Below, one piece after another: positions 54,501-64,000 of a stretch of DNA of 64,000 nucleotides. Source of the DNA: Epiperipatus broadwayi. Taxonomy: Eukaryota; Animalia; Onychophora. Location: the NCBI GenBank assembly GCA_028023455.1, contig JAQFVV010000009.1:12400001-12464000 (forward strand). The letters run 5' to 3'. The notes beneath the pieces are model-generated. The model worked only from the letters and a program-made list of their open reading frames with translations. It was not told the DNA's origin and did no database searches. Position 1 is the stretch's first letter. Each line of letters starts with the position of its first letter. The translations under genes and the position numbers were made by a program.

Positions 54501-56500
54501 TAGTATTCATCTTTGCTATTGTTCCACTCCATTATAATTTGGACTATCTCCAGTGGCCATATACACTATAGCCACTATCCATTCTTGTCTTCTTAACTTT
54601 ATCTCAAACGATAAATGTTCTTGACACTTTATTATTTAAATATTTTTTTGACATAACTCCTATACCACTACCCCTTTTTTTTCTATTTATACCCTGCTAT
54701 CAAATTTTCCAGTGTAAGTTCTTTTCTTAAATGTGTTTCCACTACTGCTAATACCTCAAGCTCTTCATTTTTGGCTGCTTTGTTTAATTCCTGCCACTTT
54801 TCTGGTCTCCTACCATCTTGAATATTCAAATATCCAATTTTAATTCTTTTGATTCAAATATCCAATTTTAATTCTTTTGATTCTTTCTTCTCTATTATAT
54901 TTGTAGTTAGTTGTTTATCATTAGTTTTACAGACCAATTCCTTCTCCCTATCTACATTTATATCTATATAAGCTACCCTTTGCCATCTATTCTTAACCTT
55001 TTTTTTACTAATACTGTAATTAAAACTCTACCCCCACTCCTTATAAATTTTCCGAACTATAATAGTTTTCATAAATCAAATTTCCTTATGCTTCACTTTC
55101 TTGTTTTGCTAAATGTAATCTATCTTTACTGTATAACTTCCTCTTACTAATAAAAAAAAATCCCATGCATCCACAAACATACCATTATTTCTATTGCATA
55201 GTTTTTCCAACCTCTCATATATAGAACATCCTCTATCTAATATATACCTATTGCTGAATTTTGGTAGTAATCCAACTACTCCCATTTCTTCCTTTAACCT
55301 TATTCAAATTCTAATCAATTCTTTGAATTCATTCATTACTTTTTTCAATGGCTCTGACAAATTATTTGTCCCCACTGTAACACAAACATCTATAATCCCC
55401 TGTTTATTTATGTTATCTATAACATCCCTAATTCTAGTTCCAGGAAAACATATTCTTACATATCTATATTTATTTTCTCTTGCAATTACATTTTCATATA
55501 CTCTTAATTAGAGTGACCCAATAAAGACTATCTCATAGTTTATTTTCCCTATTTCATCTGTAACATTTTTTTAAACCTTCTGAACTTCCTTATCTATTTC
55601 TTCCTTCACACTTCATATGTAACACTTTTAATTTTATTTCTATATCCTTTATCTTTTCCTCTATCTTATTCTTTGGCTAACTATCTCTATTACACTACTT
55701 ATTTTGTCATCTATATCTCTTGTCACTTTACTAAACATATACTCCATTCTATCATCCTTATCTACATTTCCCTCAATTTCTCTGACTTTTTCTTTAAACT
55801 ATCTACACTTAGAAATCATTTTTTCATCTTTTTTATCACATTTATGCATGGTCTACACAACTATACACTTTTTATATCCTTCCTATTCTTATTTAAGAAC
55901 TTCAAATGGAAAATCTTATACTATATACGTTACCAAAGCATACCTAGCTTCCTTCTGGCCATCATACATACATTGTGATATACAAATGCAGTCCATCTTT
56001 TCTTATTTTTCCAATTACCCTGCTTTATATTTAAATTTATGATTTTTCTACCACTTTTAAAATCTCTTTATACAAAAAACATTTTCTATTTTATAATGAA
56101 GAACAAGAAACACTGCTCCCTGAAACTCATACTCAACGTTATCTCTCTTTTTCAAATAAATGTACTCTTTCACTTAAATTTAAAAAAATTTTGTTAGAAA
56201 ATCTCCTAAAATCCAACTAATCTTATATATGACTTTGTTTTAAGGCCTCATTACAATAAACCTAAAAAGAAACATTATATATTTAAGATGTCATCTCAAA
56301 ATCACTCTCCAAATTTCACAATATTTTTCCTCACTCTTTCTAAATTCAATTAAATCTACATCTCTGCACTTTTGTCATCTACTCTCTAAACAGATCTTCT
56401 CCAGCAACAGCAGTTTTTATCTAGATGTTATTAAAATAAATAAAAGTTTAACTTATCAACCATGTCACATTACACCAATCTTCATCTGCTTGTATTATAT
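51600..56500 (-). mobile_element. RTEX-like LINE copy B, near full-length (ORF1 SGNH esterase; ORF2 APE-RT-CCHC), decayed
   Basis: ORF1 motif CFPGTRIRDV....VTVGTNN (55360-55470), APE DMNGHV..NG..INYAL..SDHNF (54161-54532 ORF), EKAYD (~53090), LFADD (~52790), YNYLGI. Homologous to copy A in the opposite orientation. Confidence 0.82.
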
Positions 56501-57067
56501 TTTGTATACTAACTCCCCTATGAGCATTTTTAAAACTATTTCATATTTTATTTTTAATGTATATATTTATTTACTAAACTATATTTTTAATAATTGATAA
56601 TATAGGAATTTTTACACATGTAATATTGGGAAAGGAAACCACTCTTCACACATGCACTACAAAATAGACCCGCACTGCAGATTTCATTATTATTTTCTCT
56701 GCTTTATATAAATAAACACTTTTTATGTTAGTTCTTTTATATTTCAGATGTTTGTATTGTTTGACCAAAAAACAATTTAATCATTGTGTTTACTCATAAT
56801 GGTGGAATAGTTGGGAAGAATAACATCTTTAACAATTATTAGATATACTGAAGTTTTCTTAAAGAATCTTTGTCAAATGTTATTGCAAAATTCTTCTCAA
56901 TTATGCTATTAAACATATATTTAAATTAATATATTAGTCCATAGCACAATTGTTTATAAACTCAAAAATTTTATCTTTCTAATCTATATTCATTGTAGTT
57001 CAAAATAAGGATCAAAACAAGAATCTTTCTTACTTCTATCTTGCAAGATATATTTCATTTTATAATA

Positions 57068-57705
57068 TGTAAGGAGGTACCCAAAAATAATTGGAATTTT
57101 GTAGTAAGAACTTATGTATTTTAAGTGTTATAAATTGAATCTCCTTCAAAGCACTGTCCACTTTTCAAAATAGTTCTGAAACTTTTGCAATGTGATGCCT
57201 TTTAACTCTGCTTCCAAATCCACAAAACTTTTCCTTTGGGGCATTTTTTTATTCAGGAAATAAAAAAAAATCACATGGAGCCATGTTGGGTGAATATGGT
57301 TGATGGGTAAGCTAGGTTATGCAGTTTTCAAAATTAAAAATTTATAATACTCAAGGCTTTGTGTACTGGCATATTCTTGTGGTGAAGCTTGCCCTTCCTA
57401 CCTTGCTACAAATAAGGACATTTTTATTTTACCACATCATGCAAAAAACTTTTTAGAATTTATATGTAAAATAGCTGATTGTTATAAACACATTCTGGTT
57501 GAACAACGCTGTCTCCATCCAAAAATATCAACAGCATCTTGATCTAGAACTTCACTTGCCATGCTTTCCACACCCCACCATAACTTCTCTTGATAATGAT
57601 AGTTGGAAGACAATGTCTTGTAAGAGGCATCTGGCAGCAAAAGCATGTACTACAATACACATCCTCCAGAGAACTATTTCAGTTATTTTGGAGTACCCCC
57701 TCTTA
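57068..57705 (-). mobile_element. Internally deleted mariner element (~640 bp)
   Basis: Imperfect ~30-bp TIRs (TA..AGGAGGTACCCAAAAATAA and TA..AGGGGGTACTCCAAAATAA). The minus strand encodes MLLIFLDG.., LHHKN.P.H, PYSPNMAPCDFFLFP and FEGD, the mariner catalytic C-terminus. Confidence 0.8.
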
Positions 57706-58613
57706 TAATTAACTATTATCATTTCTAAATATTTATGGGGAGATGAATTATGGTTATGATGTTTAAAACTGAGATAATTCTCTCTTTTCTTTTCTTTTTT
57801 TGCCAATATTGTTTTAAATCCAATTACTGGATTTCACTTCCAAATGTTCTTAATTAATCAATTATCATTTTGACCAAACCACTACATTTTCTTGTCTGAA
57901 GCCTAATATATATTAAATCAGTAAGCGGCATGAATTGGGCTCAGTGGATAACATAAAATATTGAATCATTAACTTTAAATATTTGATTACGATTTAGTTT
58001 CAGCTGAAGGTCATAATCCATGGTAATGAATTACTGGAAATTCAATTTTAATATTAAATATTTATTTAACATTTTATAGCTAAATTATTTTAATATTAAA
58101 TTCTATATCAAATGATAAAATCTCTAAGTCTTGTGCTTTAAATAAATGTGACTACTTTTTTAGATCTTTTTCTGGCCATATCTTCATTTTTTTGTTATAT
58201 GTTACCTACAGCTTTTTCTTTTTGGTGGCGGTTTTATATTAATGATTCAAAATATTACCACAGTCATATGGTTTTTTGCCTGACTGAATGTTGTCTGCTT
58301 TTAATCATCAGTCTAATATCTATGAGTTCATGTATAATAATGATAAAAAGAATTTTTCTCAGACTAATGGAAATTATACTGATAATAAATGTGATTTGCT
58401 ATAGAGCAAAAGGTTTAAAAGAAAATTTGGGAGAAAATTTTTTTGAACCAAATGAATAAAATTATTATGCCTCTTTGCTACTCACATCTTGCATGCTCTC
58501 TCAAAAAATTCAGCATACATTAAATAAAATTAAGAAATCTTAATATTTATCTTTTTAATGTGTTTTTTATGTATATTGATTAAGTATACATGAGGTTTTT
58601 TTTTATTTTGTAG

Positions 58614-58720
58614 GCCTAGTTCATAAAGAAGTAGTGATGTTTCAGCCAAAAGTACGACAGTTACAAGGTGGCTTATCACAGGCACTACAAAATCAAAGGC
58701 ATTCATACTACAATCCATGA
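58614..58720 (+). CDS. MAPK14: Terminal coding exon B (alternative last exon) of the same p38-like kinase
   Basis: Strong acceptor (gtttttttttattttgtag|). The phase-1 frame reads x-LVHKEVVMFQPKVRQLQGGLSQALQNQRHSYYNP*. Its first 12 residues follow the MAPK alpha-L16 pattern LVx(E/K)EVxxFxPK shared with exon A, and the intron phase is the same. Confidence 0.72.
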
Positions 58721-61579
58721 ATCAGCATTACATTTTCAATTTTTACTTTTACATCTCTGTATGTTATTTTTTGGATCATGATAGATATTTTTTTTAAAAA
58801 TAATTCCTGGTGGATACTAAAAGCTAGATGTGTGTCAATATCGTAGGATAAAATGATACAGTATTGATGAAATCATTGCATCGCGTGCAATTACAAAATT
58901 TGAAATATGCAAACTGTTACGAATAAATTAGTTAAATTATGATGATACAGAATATTTATCTCTGAATTCAAAATTTTCATAATAAAATGATCTCTCTTCA
59001 TCATCAGGATGAATCTTACAGCTGTATGAGTATTTTATGTATATATAAAATACAAAATGAATACATAGAAATTACTAATAAAATGCATGCAGTGGTTTAC
59101 GTACAAAATTTTTATATGATGAAATTTTTTTATGTCTTTATTTTCAAATATATAAGATCATTAATAAAAAAATATTGCTGTGAAAGAAGAGTATATAGAA
59201 TTATTGAACACTTCAAACAAATAAAATCTACTTAGTAATCCCTCATTACACAACATACAACAACTGAGCATACAATTACTGCCAGCTTCACTTTAATTGA
59301 TTTTTTCCTCACCACAAATTTGCACACTATGATGATTCACTTATAAAGGTTTGCTGTCAAATGACAGGTGATTATTAAAATTTTGTAAACTTGCAATACA
59401 TTGCTATTTCTGATGCTATTGACTTGCCAAATTAGGGTATATAAATGATTTGTTGTTATCTCCTTGAGGAACTAGTCATATAATTATTATCATTATTATT
59501 CAAAAAAGAAAAATAAATAAGATTATTGTGGTGTGAAAATATACATCTGTCATGGAATAAATCATACTGTATTTGCAGCCTTAGCATTTGAAATACTATC
59601 AGACATTTGAAATCTTAGACAGATTATCTATCCACCTGATGCAAAACAAATTTTTTTTTAATTATACAAACACCAAAATTAAAGTTTTTAAAAAATAGTA
59701 TTTTTACTAAATGATGTTTTATTATTTAAGTGTAAATCATCATATAACTAATTTTATTATTTAAATAGGGCTCTCTTTCAACAGTGCATTTCTTTCAGTA
59801 TCAAGCAAATCTCTTCTTCAATAACCTACTTTAAAGAAATGCATATGACATTAAAATATTATTTAATTTTACATTTTTATTACATTTATATATAAACAAC
59901 ATTCTTTAGTTATTCAATTTTAAACACACATATATTAAATAATATTCTCCAATTATAATTTAAATCTTAAATCGTTACCTAAAATTATTATATATTTGTT
60001 ATTCATACCATATAATTTTACATACAATTCAAATAATATAGAAAAAATATATATTTTTTCTTTCACTTAGTGTTTAACAAAAAAAAAAAAGCATTATAAA
60101 ATTGATACATTTAAATAAAAACTGAAACATTTAAATAAAATACAAACATTGCTAAAATTAAATGTAACAGGGAGGTGATTTATTTGATGTGGTTCAGTAA
60201 CACGTGCAGATTACCCTGTGGTTTAGACAGTATTAGTGCTAAAATTTTCTGGATTGATTCTCAATTAAATTAAAATAAAATTTAGTTCAGCTACTTGAAT
60301 GGAATTGTTGTGTTCAGTCTAACATTTGGATGCCCAAATATCACATTATTGCCTATATCTCCTTAAACTAATCATATGATTATTATTCAATAAGAAAAAT
60401 AAATATAAGTAGACTTATTATGATATGACAGTATGCATGCATCATGAAATAAATCCTACCATATTTGCAGCCTTAGCCTAAAGAATTCATTCTATCACAT
60501 TCAAACAAGTTCAAGATGTTATTTCATAGGTGAGAGTAGATCATGTGTCTTTTTATCATTAGAATTATTTTTCTTTTTAAACTGAATTTAGTAAATCTAA
60601 AACTTTAGTATAATGCACAGACATTTTATATTTGAAGTTTCTGGTCAGACTTTTTGATTGATTTGTGACTTCAATTAAATGCTTCTAGGATTGTATTCAT
60701 AATTTTCACTCTGTAAATAGTATCTTCAAGTTTTTATTTTGAATACAAAAATAAGAAATAATTTTTAGAATTTAATGCTGCTAATATAATTTGTCTAAAA
60801 TATTCATCAGTGTGGCATAACTACCATAATTAATGTATATATACAAAAGCAAATACAATATCCCATGACTTTCTCACTTGCTCACTCATGTTTGCAAGCA
60901 CAGTTCTCATCACTGTAGTCTAGAACAATCTGTAAATTTGAGTAATTAAATACACCGGATGATGTAGTGCTATAATATCCTCATTTTTATATAGTTTCAA
61001 TTTTATAGTAAATGATTAGAATGAAGAGAATTAGATGCTCTTGAAAATATTTATACAGAAGAACAAAATTATCCATCAAGATACTTTTAGATGAGAGACT
61101 CTAAATAAAATAAAACTTAAAGTTGAAAAGTTAGTTTTGATATCACTATCAAAAATTAAGGCCACCAGCCATGGTAACATTACATCAGAAATTTTATAGT
61201 AAACTTAAAAAGAATAAATAAAAGTCTTAACTAAGTTGCAAAAAAATTTTAAAAAAGTAATACATTCTTTTGATGGATCATGCAAATTTTTTTATATTTC
61301 ATATTACAAACACAGGTAAGAATATTCTGATTGTTTAAAATATTGCATTGAATTAGAACTGCCAGGTGTATGCACTGATTTGAAGAAAGACTGGGAAACC
61401 ACTGATGAGCATGCAAAGGTACAATAATTTGTATAGAGTTAAAAGTTACAATTGAAATAGGCAATGTTAAAACAGCCTTGCTTCACATTGTTTTTTTCTC
61501 AATGATGAACGTTTATTCATCAAAAAAACAAAACAGATACAATTAGAAAAGGTTTACAAGGGAGTGATTATATGATAAA

Positions 61580-61881
61580 TTGAAATTTCAGAAGCAACAT
61601 GGTAAAGGGGAAGGATACATGTGAAAAGGGAATGGGAAGTGGAATGGGGAAACAATGTGTAGTTCAGGCCGGTCCAAAATGCATGTCTTCATGATTGAGT
61701 CCTATGACAGAGGCTAAGAGGATGGGAAAGCTTTGAAATTTCAGAAGCAACATGGTAAGAGGGGAAGGATACATGTGAAAAGGGAATGGGAAGTGGAATG
61801 GGGAAACAATGTGTAGTTCAGGCCAGTCCAAAATGCATGTCTTCATGATTGAGTCCTATGACAGAGGCTAAGAGGATGGGA
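61580..61881. repeat. 2 x 153-bp tandem duplication at the LINE 3' end
   Basis: The unit ttgaaatttcagaagcaacatgg...gctaagaggatggga starts at 61580 and 61733, with only about 2-3 differences. Confidence 0.9.
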
Positions 61882-63800
61882 GAGCCCAAGTGTCTGTGAG
61901 GAGTGGAGGTGGGGCTAGTTTAGTATCTCTGGTTTTGAGAGAGTGAATTATGTCCAAGAGCTTTTGATTGACTGAATGTACTCTCTGGTCAAAGATAATG
62001 GCAAATTGGAGCAACCAGAGAGCATAGATGAGGAAAACTGATAATCTAATAGCTGCAAAGACCCCCGTTTCTATGAATTTTTGGAGGTTGAAGATGGTAT
62101 TCCTGTGTGAGAAAAGGCAGGAGTTGATGACATTTTTCACACCAAGCAGAAAGGGACATTTAAGTATGAAGTACTGGAGGGTTTCATTGTCAGTTTTACA
62201 GAGCTGGCATATGGGAGAGATTTTGGGGAAACCCCTATGGTTGACCAAAAATTGATTTGTAGGAAGGGAGTGAAGATTGATTTTGATGAGGAAATTGAGG
62301 AATTTTGCCTCAAGGGACCACCTTTTGAATTTTTGGATTAATTGGGCATTGGTAAGTTTGAGGAATGTAGGGGACACAATGAAGAAGTCTGCAGTCTGGT
62401 TGAAAACCCTCCCACTATTTTAGTTTACAGCTGATGGATGGTATAGCAAAGCTAGTCTTTTGTATGATGTTGGCAATGAGCGAGGTCTATGATCTGGGCC
62501 TGCCACTGGGAGGAGTGTTGGTGAGTGTGCTAATGATATGCATGAAGTTGGCAGGAAAGTGACTTAGGAGTGTGAGGATAATGTGAGATCTCTGGATCAG
62601 AAGAGTATCGATAGAGTGCAGGCCCAATCCATCGAGGTTTTTAGGAAAACAAGTTCTTTTTAGGCTAATGGCCACCACCTTTCTGCCCCAGAGAAAACAG
62701 GTGCAAAGGGAATTGGATTTTGGATATAAAGGAATGTGTAGGTAGAACAATGGGAAGGTAGTATGCTATTTTAGGAAACACTAGAAGAATGAGGAGTGAC
62801 TTTCCCATAAAGGGACTCTTGTAGATGCCTGTGATAGTGCTGAAGGTGGATGATATGCTGTGATAGAGTGTGGTTTGGACTATTACTCTCATGTCCCTAG
62901 GAGACAGCATGAGGGGGAATCCGAGGAAGCTGTGTGGCTTGGCATTGAAGGTGGAAGAGATTTGTTTACCAGTTGATAGTTGCCAGGCTGCTCTTTTATC
63001 ACTGCTAAATTCTAGCCTGTATGTTTTGGTGTACCAGGTGAGGATTTGTTGAAGCCTGGGGATGAAATCAACTGAGGGAAGGAAGACAACCACATCATCT
63101 ACATAAGCAAGGCATTTGATGCTTTTGCTCAGTGCAGGAATGAAGATACCAGGGAAGTAATGTTCTAGCCTGATCAAGAGGGAATTCAGAAATTTGGTGA
63201 ACAACAAAGTGCTCAGTGGAGAGCCCTGAGGGATGGATATGTTAGGTGTGAAGCCAACTTTCTCATCCAGGGTAACTAGGATTTCTCTGTTGGACAGGAG
63301 ATTGTAGAGGATGGACAGAAGGGCCTCTGGAATGTTCAGGTTTCTGAGGACACCAAGGAGCAGGTCAACCCTAACCAAGTTGAAGGCTGCCTGGATGTCT
63401 AGTTGGACAGCAATGGGCCTGCCATTTCGAGACTGCCTAACATGCTCGGTGGTCATCTTAAAGAGTGGCAGCCCTAAGAATGGAGTGCCCCTTACAAGCA
63501 AACTGAGGCAGAAAGGACAGGAAGTATGACTTGTCCTAGTGATTCTTTAATGGCAGACTCAATAAGTTTTATGAGCAGAGGGGTCATTAAAAATGGCCTA
63601 AGACTCTTGAGCTCAATAGGTGGCCGATCTTTCTTAAGGAAAGGGACTAATGTTACCGTATAGACCCTTGATGATGTAAGCACCTGAGGCCAGCTTGTTG
63701 ATCACGTTGAGAGTAAGTAAGCTAAAATACCAATTTGGTACCAGCAGAGCTTTGTTTTCAACTTACCTGCAGGAATTTGCATTTAGGGGTATGTGCATAG
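61580..63800 (-). mobile_element. 5'-truncated L1/Tx1-like LINE (RT + C-terminal CCHC)
   Basis: ORF 62665-63501 has QLDIQAAFN, IPQGSPLS and LAYVDD. ORF 61868-62377 has CQLCKTDNETLQYFILKC. A different subfamily from 40830-46850. Confidence 0.85.
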
Positions 63801-64000
63801 CTCAAAACTATGGATAAAAATGTATGTTTTTTTTATTAACCTTCATGTAAAAAATACATTTATAGTTAGATATACTTTACAATTACATAGTGCAAATAAA
63901 ATATAGTTCAATTTTATAAAAATAGAGGGCGAAAAGTTGTGACAGTTATATAAGTTTTACCCAATTTTGAATTAATAAAATCTAATATATTTATCCATGC

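Noticed and set aside
56748-56800. Good acceptor followed by xVCIV* or CLYCLTKKQFNHCVYS*
   Set aside because: No donor, no homology and only a very short frame. It cannot be supported without RNA data.
606-63683. Most ORFs in the supplied six-frame track as host genes
   Set aside because: They are low-complexity F/I/L/K-rich frames expected in AT-rich DNA, or sense/antisense frames of LINE and transposon relics. The real exons are too short to appear in the track.
63763-63815. Minus-strand exon-like segment with a CAG|gtaagt donor
   Set aside because: It lies in the LINE ORF2 frame (QIPAGK.., the region before the G.DG motif), so the donor is probably coincidental.

Overview
Very AT-rich, CpG-depleted animal (invertebrate-type) genomic DNA. 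It appears to be mostly the transposon-filled 3' intronic region of one + strand gene, a p38-family MAP kinase (MAPK14-like). No upstream kinase exons were found in the window. Two homologous phase-1 terminal exons were found: 17036-17103 (xLVYEEVCSFVPKPLCDDLNEH*, a close match to the vertebrate p38-alpha last exon) and 58614-58720 (xLVHKEVVMFQPKVRQLQGGLSQALQNQRHSYYNP*). A candidate in-frame 51-nt cassette exon lies between them at 47170-47220. The layout suggests duplicated alternative last exons giving several p38 C-termini. The introns hold: a Merlin DNA transposon with TIRs and an 8-bp TSD; two pogo/Tigger-like MITEs; two fold-back MITEs; a mini-mariner; RTEX-like, RTE and L1/Tx1-like LINEs; Penelope-like relics; and a pair of minimal type I hammerhead ribozymes 411 nt apart on the - strand (retrozyme-like), plus a third decayed copy. 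Most ORFs in the supplied track are spurious or are fragments of these elements. All alignments and identities were done by eye, and LINE/relic boundaries are approximate.
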